Source: Lama glama | Lineage: Eukaryota | DNA: 63,975 bases | NCBI GenBank assembly: GCA_028534125.1 | Contig: CM052816.1 | Span: 58,902,026 to 58,966,000, forward strand | Reading direction: 5' to 3' | In this document: piece after piece, positions 37,257 to 50,779 of the stretch | Numbering within the stretch: the stretch's first letter is position 1 | How the letters are laid out: each line of letters begins with the position of its first letter | Position numbers and translations under genes: made by a program | The notes under the pieces: model-generated | What the model saw: only the letters and a program-made list of their open reading frames with translations | Told to the model about the DNA's origin: nothing | Databases searched by the model: none

Positions 37257-37539
37257 TGAAAATTCTTACCTTTTAATAAGGGAATTTGACCTACTTACAA
37301 CCTTTGGGATTACTGATATTCTAATCAATTTTATGCTTTTTTGTTGGGTATGTTTCTAGATCTCTTTTCAAGTTTGGATTATTGCCCCCATGACCTTCTA
37401 GTGCTAGTAGCTAAGCTTAGATCCTTCTAGGCTGGTGTGACTAGGAAAAAGTCTTCAAAATAAGAGAAAACAGAAGCTAGCCAGGGGACATAGCGTCTGT
37501 GGTCACAGACCTTTTGGTATCTTGGAACTGAGTTTTCTT

Positions 37540-37771
37540 TTTTTTTTTTTAACATTTTTTATTGATTTATAATCATTTTGCAATGTTGTATCAAGTTGTG
37601 CGCAGAGCACAACTTTTCAGTCATACATGAACACATATATATTCATTGTCACATTTTTTTCTCCGTGGGCTACCACAAGATCTTGTATATATTTCCCTGT
37701 GCTATACAGTATAATTTTGTTTATCTATTCTACAATTTTGAAATCCCAGTCTATCCCTTCCCACCCTCCAA
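37540..37771 (-). mobile_element. Young LINE-1 3' end
   Basis: Poly(T) tail followed by aacattttttattgatttataatc...; 15-bp TSD gaa(c/t)tgagttttctt at 37525-37539 and 37772-37786. Confidence 0.9.
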
Positions 37772-39211
37772 GAATTGAGTTTTCTTATAGCCGTCGTTCA
37801 GTGAGTACCTAATACAAGCCGGGTGCTTTTCTAGACACTTTACATGTACTGTTTCATTTAACTCCAATGACATCCTTACCATATAAGTATTATTATACTT
37901 ATAGATAGGGAGACTAGTTGAAGAAATTAAGGCATGCTCCTGAGGAATTGAAGAATATATTATTTGTAATGTGTAAACTAATTCCCTTTCTCACCATGTA
38001 TGCGTGGGATGTGGACTAGGCAAAGAATTCGGTCCTGAATTGACTTTTTAAATAATTTTTTAAAAATTGAGTTTCTAAACGAATAGGTTGCCAGCTGCTG
38101 GGGACAGTGAGGCTTCTTATTCTGATCCACTCATTTTTCATACTAGTTTAAATTTCCACTCTAAGTTGATTGTTCTGGAGTGGATAATCCAGAGACTAGT
38201 AGCCTTTTCACTATTAGAAGGGAAGAAAAAGTGGTGTGACCACACTTTGTGTCTTTCATCCTGTTTATCTTTTTTCAGAGACTGGGTGTGGAGTTAGTAG
38301 GATCTGTGCTTGCTGGTCTCACATGATCCCAGAGAAGAGAAAGCTCATGCTTTATCCATCTTTGTATCTCTAGTGCCGGGAAGAATCCCTGGCCCATGAT
38401 AGGTGCTATTTCTTAAAATGACCTGAGCTCAGAAAAGAGGGAAAATTGTTTTACATTAACTTTTGAATTATAAAGTTTTAGAAGAAGGCCTGTAGAATAG
38501 AAATGCATTCTCTTAAAATTATGTTTTCTATAACTCTTACACTACTTTGTATAACGTAATAAAAACAAAGTGTGTTTATTACTCTTTCAAGAACTTACTC
38601 TGGACTAAAGCAGAGTATCCTTTCAGTAGGAGAAGGTTCCCGTCACTGAGGGAGGGTGGAATGACACTGACATACAAATGACCGTTTGCATGGGTAATGC
38701 AAGTGAGGACATTCAGCTAATAAAAGTGCTCCAAAGCCAGCTGCAGGGGAGACATATAGTCCTGATCTCACAGGAATTCCGTAGTTGGAAAAAAAAAAAC
38801 AAGAAACCCAAACGAAAACTCCCAGCTTACATCAGGGAAATACTGCTGCAGACCTTTAATGAGATCCCTAGGTGAATCAGTTTTTATACGGGCCTGTTTG
38901 ACTTCCACAGATATCTGGCTAGACCTTGATTGATTGTCAGGCTTTTTAAGCAGCATTGATTTTTACTGCCGCAACATTGGGATGATGAGGTCATTGTATT
39001 TTGCCGTGTTATTGAAATTCTTGTTAAAGCAACCTAGAGGTTATAAGCACATCCAGGCACTGGCTTCTTGCTTGTGCTGTTGTGAGAGATGGGAAAGTTG
39101 AGGTAAGTAACGAGGCAAAAAAATTCTCCTTTCTGGTTGGAGGGGGAATTTCAGATTTTTCTGAATTATAATGATAATTAGTAGCTATTCATCATAGCTG
39201 ATCATTTCTTT

Positions 39212-39445
39212 TCATTTATTGAGAATGTGTATACACAGACCCAGGGATTGTTCTGAACATTTAACACACATAGCTCTTTGTCCTCACAACACCTCTGTGA
39301 GGTAGGTGTCATCAACACCTTGTAGATGAGGAAGCCGCATCTCAGGGAGGTAGGGTTGCTCGCTCAGGGATAATTAGTCAATGGAAGAGCTAAGTTTTAG
39401 ATCAAGGCTGTGTCTGACTCCACAGCCCATGCTTTGAACTGCTAG
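39212..39445 (-). mobile_element. MIR SINE
   Basis: catttattgag...tcctcacaacacctctgtgaggtagg...gatgaggaagc...tgtctgactccacagcccatgct. Confidence 0.75.
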
Positions 39446-40412
39446 TTTCCTGTATGATAGTGTATGAGTGGTTAGATCAGAGAACAGTACTGGAGATTGC
39501 TGCCTAAGTGATGAGCCCTCTCTCCCACGTAGACCTGGGTTCTGAGGAAAACTGGAAATAATACAGTGCTTTAGGACACAGCATCTTGACTTCCCCACTT
39601 CAAGCGGCGACCACCTGAATCTCCCTTTTGCTTGAGTGATGCTGTGCCCCTGAAGGAGCCTGAGAGGGCTTTGCACATTTTGGGATTCCTCCAGCTACCA
39701 CCTATTGATCAGTGGCTGCCAGAAGCTTTAATCCGATTAGAGTCTCTAAAACTGGTTTCCATCCCTGGCGCCTGCCTCAGGTTTCAGAGCAAGGGGAAAA
39801 AGTATGACATCACCCCTGCTTGCATCTGTGCTGGGTGGCTAATGAAATTACGTGATGGATTCGAGGACCATTAAAGTCAATGTTGATCCTTATTATTATT
39901 AAGAGTACTTTCAAATTTACTGCACCATGGGGCAGGCTCGAAAGCATCATTTTTCATAGGTGTGTTCATTGCTCTGAATTTTAGCGCACAACTCCGTGGG
40001 ATATGGAGAACGCTAGCAGCACAGAGAATCGATTCTGAAATCTGCAGGATGAGAGCACACGTAGCTCTTTTGCTGGAAGGAGGAGAAGGTTCTGGGATTT
40101 TTCCATCATGAGGCATCACGATGACCCTGGATTGAAAAAGACTAAAATGAAACAAAAGATGTTTGTCAAATAAATATGAAGCATCGTTGTTGCCATTAGC
40201 AGCAGAAATAGTATTTTTTAATTAAAGTTTAAGTGTTAGTGTACAAAAAAGGGCTCAGTTCAGGTCACCAACAATTCACTGAGCATAGATACTGAGCTAA
40301 CACTAGGGATACATTGTACTGGGGGAAGGTCAGTCTTGTTTTTTCCATCAGTATGTCTCCAGGGCCCAGCTAAATGTCCAGAATGCTGAAATTATTCTCT
40401 GTCTTGAAAAAA

Positions 40413-40414
<2 letters not shown>

Positions 40415-40443
<29 letters not shown>
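40415..40443. repeat. (AC)n microsatellite
   Basis: Uninterrupted AC run seen directly. Confidence 0.95.
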
Positions 40444-40444
<1 letters not shown>

Positions 40445-41010
40445 TCACCTATAATATATGTAAAGTGCATAGATCTTAACTGTACAACTCAATACATTTA
40501 TCCACATACGCATAGCAATCCACACATGCACATCTGTGAGCTGTCACCCAAATTAGGATACGATACATTTCTCATATCCTAAAGCTGTGTCTTGCCTCCT
40601 CAAATTTCCCCAACAGAGATAACCACTATTTTGTCTTCTTTAGATTAGTTTTGTCTCTAACTAAGATACATCCTATACATTAACATACATTGAATCTTCA
40701 TATAAAAGGACTCATACACTCTGTTATCTTTGGTGTCTGGCTTCTTTTGCCCATCTATGTTTCTGTGAGATTCATCCATATTGTTACATGTAAGACTATA
40801 CAGTTTGTTTTTTATAATTGCTGAGTAATATTCCATTGCATAAATATGCCACCATCAATTTATTCTTCTATGATGGGTATTTGGGCTGTTTCCAGTGTTT
40901 AGCTATTATAAACAAAGTTGTCATGAACATTCTTGGACATGTCTTTTAATGGACTTTTCCACTGATCTCTTTTGGACATTCATGTAGGACGGGAACTGCT
41001 GGGTCATTTT
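40444..41010 (-). mobile_element. Old LINE-1 3' fragment (L1MC/ME-like)
   Basis: tggtgtctggcttcttttg...gagattcatccatattgtt...gggctgtttccagtgtttagctattataaacaaag...ggaactgctgggtca. Confidence 0.75.
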
Positions 41011-41654
41011 GTATTATTGAATTGAAAAATACAGTTCTTTATTTGGCTGTGGCCCACACCTCTCAGGCCTTGCAAAAGATCTGTGGTACTCTGTCCCACA
41101 TGTTCTCAGTGGAAAATAATTCAGTGATAGCAAAGAATTAAAGTTGAATATATACAAATCACTCATTATTCACTAGCTACAATGACAATACAAGCTTTAA
41201 CACGTGGTTTTAAAGTATAGAACAATGCCAAAAAACCTGATAGTCTAGTAATTTTATTACACCAAACTCAACATTATACTGCAGATTATATAGTGCAAAT
41301 TCATAGTTAGCATAGCAATTTATTAAGAAAAATTATCGAGAGCCTACTATGTGCCAGGGAGGCACTGTTCTGGGCCTTGGGGCTCTGGTAGAGAACCCAC
41401 AGATAAGAAATGTCTCTGCTCTTATGACATTTAAATTCTAGAAGAGAGATAGACAGTAGATACCAAACAAATAAATATGTGCTATAAACATATCACCAAC
41501 AAAACATACAGTGTAGACAAGTTTTGGGAAGATTGCAGATATATCTTCTTTAGCAATAGGTTTATGGATGATACGCATTTGAACTGTATCTAGACATAGC
41601 TTAAAGTCTAGTTATAGGAAAATTAGACGGCAAACATCCTACTCATGTGCATAG

Positions 41655-41890
41655 TAATAAAATAGTAATAATAATAGCTAACTGTGTGGTTTAAGTCATG
41701 AATTATGTCATTTAATCTTCCCAGTATCCCTATGTTGTAGACACTAGTCTCTCATTTTAATGGTGAAGACACTGAAACACAAGAGTTAAATAACTTCTGG
41801 AAAGTCACATGGCTAGTAGGTGGGGATATTGGTTTAAAAACAAAGCAGACTGACTTTAGAGCCTGTACTCCAATTATGACCCTATTCTGT
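41655..41890 (-). mobile_element. MIR SINE
   Basis: tcatttaatcttc...ctcattttaatggtgaagacactgaaacacaagagttaaataactt...gtcacatggctagtagg. Confidence 0.75.
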
Positions 41891-43039
41891 CCTCCAGATG
41901 GACAAATATACATTTATACACATGGTAGCATTACCCAAATGACACACAATAAATTGATAAAGATGTTACACTAACTGTAATGTATAATGCAGAACCACAA
42001 CTCAAATAGCAGTGGTTGGAATCCATGGCTGATTGAAGATAGCATCAATGATATGTGATTCACAAGTTGTGTTTCCTGAAAACTGCTGAGATTCTGTCCT
42101 GTGTACTCATGTTCCATAAAAGTTTTACAGTTTTTCCAAATGAGTGGCAGCCAGACTTTTTAACCCAAGACTGAACTAAAGATTTAGTAAACTCTGTTCG
42201 TAGTTCAACTTAGAATCTTCAGCTAACTCATTAATAGGATATTAGTAAGGAACATTAGGTTTTAGGTAAAAATAAAAGCTAGTAGAAAGTGTGTTATTTG
42301 CTAGCAGGGTGAAAGAAGACTTGCATTTCTGGATCTGTTCAAGGGCAATTGGAAGGACCCTCCAGAGGACTGCAGGTCTGCTCTAAGGCTCCCTGCCCCA
42401 AGTAAAATAAGATATACGAAGAACACTTCTAAACAACATGCCAACTGCTGTGGCCGGTGGTCTGCATTGGGCAAGTGGGGCTTAGTAAATAGCTCCCCTG
42501 TCTCTAGAATTCTGAAGCTATTAAGAGATAATCAAGAAGTAACATAGAGATGAAATAAATGTTACTGTTGTTACTGATTAAACTGCTAAGGGAGAACTTG
42601 GGAAAGACAAGATTTACACATGCAGCACAGGCGGCACTGGACAGACAGGCCTCTCCTGAAGTAACAGGGTGTGCCCGTCAGGGCATCAGGAAGCAGGAGG
42701 AATACATCCTCTCTGTGGGCAATTTGCTCCCACGAACAAGAGAAGGAGTAAGCCTGCCCCAAGTTGCTCCATCTCCCCTGGGAGCAGTCAGCGGGAGGAG
42801 GGAAGGGCCAGCAGTGTATGGATGTGGAACTCCCTCCCCAGGAAGGAAACAGCAGGCTTGGGGAAGCAGCTCTTTCTGCACCTGCAAAATCCTTTGGCAT
42901 ATATGCTCTGGGGGTATAAAGAAATGATGTACCTAAGCAGGACCAGGAGAAGGCACTCTCAAGATGATAACTTGTGCTGAGTCTTGTAGGATAACCAGGA
43001 GCTAGCCAGATGGAGCTTGGAAGGCAGGATGCTTTAGAC

Positions 43040-43260
43040 CAGGGTTTGACCAACGATAGCCTGCAGGCCAGATTTGGCCTGTTGCCTAATTTTCGAAATA
43101 AGAATTTATTGGAGCATGGTCACACTTATTCATTTATGTATTGTCTATGCATTTGTGCTGTAATGGTAGAGTTGAGTAGTTGTGACAGAGACCATATAGC
43201 TTCCAAAGCCTAAGATATTTACTCTTTGGTCCTTTACAGAAAAATACTTGCCAACCTCTG
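43040..43260. mobile_element. MER58A-like hAT-Charlie MITE, full length
   Basis: TIRs cagggtttgaccaac ... cttgccaacctctg; 8-bp TSD ctttagac/ctttaggc (43032-43039, 43261-43268); internal sequence matches recalled MER58A. Confidence 0.88.
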
Positions 43261-44461
43261 CTTTAGGCTGAGGTAATGCTTGGAGGTATGAAGAGGATGA
43301 TGGTGTACTGGGGACGTGGGGCTGGGCACTCTGAGTGGTTTGATATTATTGGGACATTAAGCAGGAGGCAGGTGGTGATTAAACAGATGGACCCCTGGCT
43401 CCCTCAAACTTTTATAGTCTTCTACAGAGAGCAGTGATGCAGGCAGACAGGTTAATGATATTAATTATATGAAGACAAATGGACAAACATTTAACAAATA
43501 GAGCTTTTAAATTCAAAAATATTTACGTCAATATATTTAAGGCAAAAGACAGATGTAGAGGAAGGAGCTGTGACAGTAACATGATCCAAAAGAATGAAAT
43601 TGGTCATTTTTCTTCAAGTGGCTCAGGGAGGGGTTCAGAGAAGAGGCATTTTGCTATGTTAACAGCAGCTGTGGAAAGGGAATGGAAGGGGTGAATCTGG
43701 GAGGGGAAATTTGTTTCCAGCATAGGGATGCAATTTTGAGTCAGGATGGGATGACGGAATGAAGTGATCCTGGTTCTCTTTCCCCTGGGAGAATGAATGC
43801 GGAGGGTGTGCGAGGATGGGAGAGGGGCTCTTTGAAGAGAGGAGACCAGATCTTGGGACCAATCTTTTCTTTTTAAATAAGGTATTCCCCTCCACTGCCC
43901 AGCTGTTAGAATTAAAAAATTACTAATGTATGAGCATTCCTCTCTGTTCCTACTTATTCTGCTTCCAAGAAAGATTATTTTTACTTTTTGGCTTCTGGGA
44001 TTTTAGTTATGCTGCTTAGGATAATAGAGAGAAAAATGCTGAGCTACAAGGAAAAGGAGATGAGAATTGAGAAGAAATAAAAGTTCTGGTGGTGGGGGGT
44101 GGGGTGGTGGCGAGTGACTGGAGAGTACATCCAGGCAGGCAGGGAAGGATGGCGAAAAGACCACAGTCAGTTTCTCGGGCAAGGCTGAGGAAGAGGGGAT
44201 TCAGGGGAATTTAGAGAGAGAAAGGAAGTCTTTGGGGACAGCTCTGGGCATTTGGGAAAGGTAAATAAGGCCTTGGGGATGGTGAATTGAAGGTATTTTG
44301 CTATTGATTATGAATTTGGTTCTATTTGATGTTTTTCAAGGGCCTCACTAAAGATGAAGACTGTTGCCATTTAATTCTTGGCTGCCAAATAGTTGTTTAC
44401 ATAGGACATTGCAGAGAACAGACCAAATATAAATAATTCTTCTTCCTAAATACTTCTTTAA

Positions 44462-46475
44462 AATTTTTATTCAAACAGCTTTGTCAAAGTTTAATTGACA
44501 CACAATGTTACACATCTTAAAAATGTAAATTTAATGCATTTCTACATGTTGTACACCTGTGACACCATTACCATAATCAGGATGATAAATACATTCATCA
44601 TTTCCAAAAGTTTTCTTGTAACCTTTTAAAAACTTTATTTATATTTTTATTAAAGTATAGTCAGTTTACAATGTTGTGTCAATTTCTGGTGTACAGCACA
44701 GTGCTTCAGTCATATAGGAATTCTTGTAAATTTTTGTAATCCCCTCTATTCCACTGTCCCTAGGCAACCACTGATCTGCCTTCTGTCATTTTCTAGAATT
44801 AGCATTTTCTAGAATTTTATTTAGGTGGAATCATACAGCATCTACTGTTTTTTTTTGGGGGACTCTGGTTCTTTTCACTCAGAGTAATTATTTTGAAATT
44901 TATTCATGTTTTTGCATGTATCAATAGATAATTCCCTTTTCACTGCTGAATAGTATTCCATTGGATGGATAGACCACAGATTATTTATCTGTTCATCTGT
45001 TGATGGATATTTAAGTTGTTTCTAGTTCTTGGCTATTGAAATAAAGCTACTATGAGCATTCATGTTTATGTCTTTGTAAGAACTATGGGCTTTTAGCTTT
45101 CTTGGGTGAATACTAGGAATGTAGTGGATCATATTGTAGGTATATGTTTATTTAATAAACTGCCAAACTGTTTTCCAAAACATCTGTAGCATTTCACATT
45201 CCCACAGGAAGTATATAGATGTTTCGTTTTCTCCATATTCTCACTAACGCTTGGTATACTCAATCTTTTTTATTTCAGGTATTCAAATAGGTATGTAGTA
45301 GCAACTCATCATAGTTTTAATTTTTATTTTCCAAATTATTACTGATGTTGAATATCTCTTCATGTGCTTGCTTGCCATATCTTCTTTGATGAAGTGTCTG
45401 TTCAAATATTTTGACCATTTTTTATTGGGTTGCTTTGATTGTTATTTATTTTAAGAGTTCTTTATATATTCTGGATTCAGGTCCTTTATCAAATACTTGA
45501 TCTGTAAATTTTTTTCCAGTATGTGGCTTGTATTTTAATTAGTCTAACAGTGTCTTTCAAAGAACATATTTTCTTAATTTTGCTGAAGTCCAATCTATTG
45601 ATTTCGTTTTATTTTGTGGATTATGTTTTTGGTATCATTATCTAAGAAAACATTGTCTAACCCAAGATCACAGAAATTTTGTCATATGTTTTCATCTACA
45701 AGTTTTATAGTTTTAGATTTAATTTCACATAGTTTTAGGTGAATGAACCATTCTGAGTTAATTACTATGTAAGGGTGATATATGGATTAAAGTTCTTCTC
45801 TTTCTTATTCTCCTCCTCTTTCTTCTTTGCATATAACAATGCAATTATTTCAGCACCATTTGTTGAAAAGATTATCCTTTCTCCATTAATTGCCTTTCCA
45901 CCTTTCCCCCAAATTCTGTACATTTATGATTCCATTTCTGGATTCTTTATTCTGTTCCATTGATCTGTTTGTATTTCCACCAATACTACAGTGTCTTGAT
46001 TACAATAAATCATGGAATTGGGTGCTGAAAGTCATCCAACTTTGTTCTTTTTTGGTCAGTGTTGTTTTGGCTGTTCTGTCCTTTGGATTTTCATATGAAT
46101 TTTAAAATCAGAGTGCTAATTTTTTGGAGTTGATTGGAGTTGTACTGACTGTCTAGATCAATTTGCAGAGAATTAGCATCTTAACATTATACAGTTTTCC
46201 AATTCATGAACATGGTTTTATTTAGATCTTTAAAAATTGGTTTCAGCACTGTTTTGTCATTTTCAGCACAGGTCTTGCATAATCTCTTGTCAGGGTTATC
46301 CCTATGTATTTTACTTTTTTGGGATGGTATTGCAGATGGTACTACTTTTTTTTTCCCCTTCCATTTGTGATTCTTTGTGCATAGTAATACAGTTGATTTT
46401 TGTGTATTGATCTTGAATCTTATAGCTTTGCTAACCTCACTTATTAGTTTTAGTAGCTTTTTTTTTTGTAGATGA
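44462..46475 (-). mobile_element. ~2 kb LINE-1 (L1MC-like), 3' UTR plus decayed ORF2 C-terminus
   Basis: ctaggcaaccactgatctg...aactgccaaactgttttccaaa...ttcagcaccatttgttgaaaaga...ctgtctagatcaattt. Confidence 0.85.
44622..44720 (-). mobile_element. Very short young LINE-1 3' end nested in the older L1
   Basis: aagtatagtcagtttacaatgttgtgtcaatttctggtgtacagc; TSD ttcttgtaa at 44613-44621 and 44721-44729. Confidence 0.82.
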
Positions 46476-47744
46476 ATAACTTTTAATGAACAAGCTGAAC
46501 AGGCACATGTCCTTAGGTGAAAACAACCTTCCAGTGGTTTGAAGTTGGCTTTTTGAGCTGGCTAAGGATGTCCTCCATGTGCTCTGGGAGTGGCTCTTTG
46601 GTGCTTCTTTCAAAACACAAGGTCTTTTGTGGAGAATGGGTTGGGGTAAAATCATAGTGAATGATTACCCCCAGACAGGGGCCAAGAGGAAGTACCTTAA
46701 AAATACATTATGGTGGACAAGAATAATGAGGATTTGAATAAACAAGAAAAGCATTTCCAAGGGCATTCTTCACATATCAAATGGAGGTAGGTCCGTAGGA
46801 GATGTTATGGAACCCTGGCAGGTAGTTGTGGGAATGAGTGAGGGAAAAGACTTCTGTGTGACAACAGTGTTTCTTGTGCCCATGATGAGACCATTCTTCT
46901 AAACCAACCTCTAGAACAAGGGCTGAAGTGGAGAGTGTTGACTATATCTTTGTGCTAGTATATATGTAGATGATGACTAGAAAATTTAGTTAAAGCATCT
47001 GGAAGTTTATTTCAATTCCTAGATTATTGTTAGCATGTGGATAAGATGAATTGTTGGGGTGACTTTTTCTGTCTTTAGCTGCTTATTTCGTGTCAGAGGG
47101 GCAGAGATGTTGCAAAATAAAAAACAGCAGACTGTGGCAATAGGATGGTTATGGCAAAAGAAGGATTGAAATGAGTCACACAGAACTCCAGTATTTCTTC
47201 TGTGGGAGTTTGATGATACTGTTTGCAATACATAAGAAGAAATTTGAGTTCAGGCAAGGAGATGTATAGGTAAGGCTTGTGTTAAGTAGTTCTGGGCATT
47301 TAGTTCTTAGTAAGACTTCGTGGGTCTGAAGAAATGATTCATATTCTACATCTGTTCTGTAGAGTCCCTTTGTTCCAAGGAGATCCTTTGTCAGGCACTA
47401 TGAGGACAAAGATGATGGATAAGCCGAGTGGGCAGAGATCTGGACCCTCCATCTTCCTCCATCCTACCCCTGCCTTCTCTATTCAATCAGAGGTCCTTGC
47501 CCTCCTTTGAGAAAAAAAAATCTGTTTACTGTATTAGCATTCCACATCAGGTGTTGTTTTCTAAGTAACTTTGTGTATGCGAGTGTTTGAAAACCACTGG
47601 ACTAGACCAATGAAAGAGATCAGTGATGAATGCCTTTCTCAGAAACAAGGAGTAAAATGTCACTCAGAACTTGTAGTCTCTGCCAAAATGGAAGGGAGTT
47701 GTTTCCTTCTTAGCGACAGGCCTTACCTGAGTGACAAGTTACTG

Positions 47745-47868
47745 ATAGCCCAATGTTGGGTTTGCCAAATATTGCATGGAACATACTCATGCTAAAAATT
47801 ATTATTATCTGAAATTTAAATTTAACTGGATGCCCTGTGATTTTATTTTCTAAATCTAGCAACCTTAA
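47745..47868. mobile_element. MER53-like hAT MITE fragment
   Basis: aatattgcatggaacatactcatgctaaaaatt...atctgaaatttaaatttaactggatgccctg...aaatctagcaaccttaa. Confidence 0.65.
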
Positions 47869-48324
47869 TCAATGCATAATTCATAAAAAAATAATGAATG
47901 GATTCTCCAATATCATGATTTTGCTAAATATTGACCAAAAAATTCTCAACACCTTGGCTACATGAAGCAAACTACATTAATCCCTTGGCCTGCCATGCAC
48001 GGCTTTCTTGGCAACCAGCCGACTTTCTTTGGCTAGAATGTGGATAAGGGAACAGGTGTTGTCAATGATTTTTCAGGCTAGAAGGGCCTCACTCTTCCCC
48101 AGGACACTGGAGACAAATTAGTCCACATTCTGCCAATGAACCAATTTCCCCAACTCTTGTTTTTTGTTAAGTATCATTTCATCTTTGACATTTCAAGTTG
48201 TGAGTTTTAATTAGAATATTGATGTTGTCTTAGAGTTCTTCATCAACATCATACTTTTTCCTTAAAGAGAGAAATAAAATTTTTTTTTGTCTTGGTCACT
48301 TTTTCTTTATCAAACTTAGTTCAT

Positions 48325-48707
48325 TTTTTCCTTCTAGTTTTATTGAGATAGAATTGACATATAGCACTGTGTAAGTTTAAGGTATAGGGCATAATGATTT
48401 GACTTATATATATCATGAGATGATTACCATGATAAGTTTAGTGAACATCCATTCTCATATAGATACCAAATAAAAGAAAAAGAAAAAAATTTTCCTTGTG
48501 ATGAGAATTCTTAGGACTTAGTCTCTTATCAACATTCAGATATAACATAGATCTGTGTTAATTACATTAATCATGTTGTACATTACATCCCTAGTACTTA
48601 TTTATCTTATAACTGGAGGTTTATACCTTTTGACTCTTTCATCCAATTCCTTCTCCCCTCACCCTCCAGCTCTGGTAACTACAAATCTGATCCCTTTTTC
48701 TATGAGG
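48325..48707 (-). mobile_element. LINE-1 3' end (L1MA9-like)
   Basis: ttttattgagatagaattgacatatagcactgtgtaagtttaagg...tctggtaactacaaatctgatc; degenerate TSD caaacttagttcat / caaacctcagttcat. Confidence 0.85.
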
Positions 48708-48974
48708 CAAACCTCAGTTCATCCTGACAAGCACTTGGTTAATGCTACTGAATACAGCTTTGCTCTGGTTCTGTATCCTTCTTTCCTTCTTTTATAAATG
48801 CCTGTTAGAGATCTGAGCTTACCAGAGAACCTCTGGATAGCTGCATTGGCATTTCAGGTGTCTCTTCCTTGTCTTTCTCATTTAAATCCCATCATCATAA
48901 ATACATTATAAGAAAGCTGTCTAGGCAGTAAAATTAAGTCCCTGTTTTGGATGATCCATTATATGAATGGTTAA

Positions 48975-49175
48975 CAGCTGCTTTCAGGTATGTGCTAAGT
49001 TCTGTACATTTATTGTCATATTCAGTTCTCATCACCCCGTGAAATAGGTCTTACATCTTCATGTTATAGATGAGGAAGCCAAGACACAGAGAGGCAAAGC
49101 CACTTGCTCAAAGTCACACAGCTGGAAATTTGTAGAGCTAGAACATGGACACATCTCTGTCTCTGACTTCAAAGT
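48975..49175 (-). mobile_element. MIR SINE
   Basis: atagatgaggaagccaagacacagagagg...cacttgctcaaagtcacacagct. Confidence 0.75.
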
Positions 49176-49345
49176 TTTTAGTTATGGCTGTTTCGTTATA
49201 CAACAGGGCTTTGTGGCTCTGGCTTCAGTCAACCGTGTGCAGTAGTAATCTGATAGAGCTACTGCCCATATTAGAGTCAGTCCAAGATGAAGAAAAATTG
49301 ATTGTGTGCTTCCTGCAATGTGGATGAGAGAATAGCTGAGCTCTT

Positions 49346-49468
49346 TTTTAAAAAAAAAATCTGTATATATATATAGAAGTATAGTTTACAATATTGTGCC
49401 AATTTCTGGTGTACAGCATAATCCATCAGTCATACATGAACATACATATATTCCTTTTCATATTCTTT
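49346..49468 (-). mobile_element. Very short young LINE-1 3' end
   Basis: gaagtatagtttacaatattgtgccaatttctggtgtacagc; TSD ag(c/g)tgagctctt at 49334-49345 and 49469-49480. Confidence 0.85.
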
Positions 49469-50779
49469 AGGTGAGCTCTTCCTAGTAGGTTTGTTCTTCT
49501 GACAGAAGTGGTTTTTCTTCAGTAACTCTTATTTTCCACGTAGAAGGACCTGCCTTCTAATTAGATGTCATCTCATTTTCTAAGTAATTAACTTAAAAAA
49601 CCCACATATACCACAGAAGCCCAACATCTAGTGAGGGAAGGGTGGGCAGATACGTGTGTTTGTGTGTTCATGAAATTTCCTTCCCCTGCTGGGTTTAATT
49701 CCCTTTGCTTGTGAGTTTATTCACAGAAGCTGGATGTCAGTATTGTTTCTTCTCCAGCTCCCTCAACCTGGAACCTGGTTACTGGCAATGTGTTAATTTT
49801 AGCAGTTTTAGTTCATTGAAATAATTGTCAATTTCCTTGAATTCATCACAATGGGAGTTTACCTATTTTTAACTGTCTAAAACTTAATGTGGTGGTGCTA
49901 TTTTTACTCAGAAAATAATTCTCCAGAAGTTATCATAAGAAAAATTTTCTCCATAAAGGAGGTCCATTTAACCATTTCCAATTCACAGTGGAGAGAAAGC
50001 CAGTTCTCTGAGAAGTTAAATAATCCGCAAGGGTTTTCCCAGAACCCAGTCGAAGCTCCTGTTTCAGCTGTGCCAGGACCTGCTGCTGTTGCTCTGCTCT
50101 TGGCAACAAAAATGATTCACCTTGTAATATCTGTGACTCTCAGCCCTGCCTTCTACTTACAGCCAGGTATTGTCCTTTACAGCGTGAAGGACATGACCGT
50201 CATGACTCAGGGATGTGATCAGGCTCCCTCCTTCCTGAGGATGTGCCTCTCATCAGGACATTTGCTCAACTGTTGATCTGCCTCTGCTTCTCTCATTGCT
50301 CACTCTATTTGGGGATGGCTTAGTGAGCGATGTCTAGGAAAGGTCTGGGAGGTGTCACCTCTCTCTCATCCTCACCATCCCACAGTGGCAGTGCTCCTGT
50401 CCCCTAGTGTGCTTCCTTTGGTCCTTCTCCACTCTTCCTGCTGGACTGGCCACTTGCTAAGGGTGGTGAGCAGCTGAGAGGAAAGTGCTGCTTCCCCAAG
50501 TGGAAAGAAGAGGCTCAGAGACATCCTGCCAGGAAGTGTCCTTCATTTGACGTTGAAGGAGAAAGAAGAGCCACAATCTGCCGAAAGTCTCAGTTGAAGG
50601 GCAAATGTGATGTTGGGAATGGTGCCTAGTATTTGAACTTGGGTGCAGGCCTGGGCTCTTCTCTGTCTGCCCTCACATCTTGTCTGATGACTCACTCTGC
50701 CACCTCTGTGCAGGTGCCCCCAGACTCTCTGCTGAATGCCACACCTTGGTTTTTGGTTGCCTGCTGGACCACCCGCCTT

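Noticed and set aside
42559..43053. Several overlapping ORFs of 69-155 aa on both strands
   Set aside because: Locally GC-richer sequence with fewer stop codons; no recognisable protein
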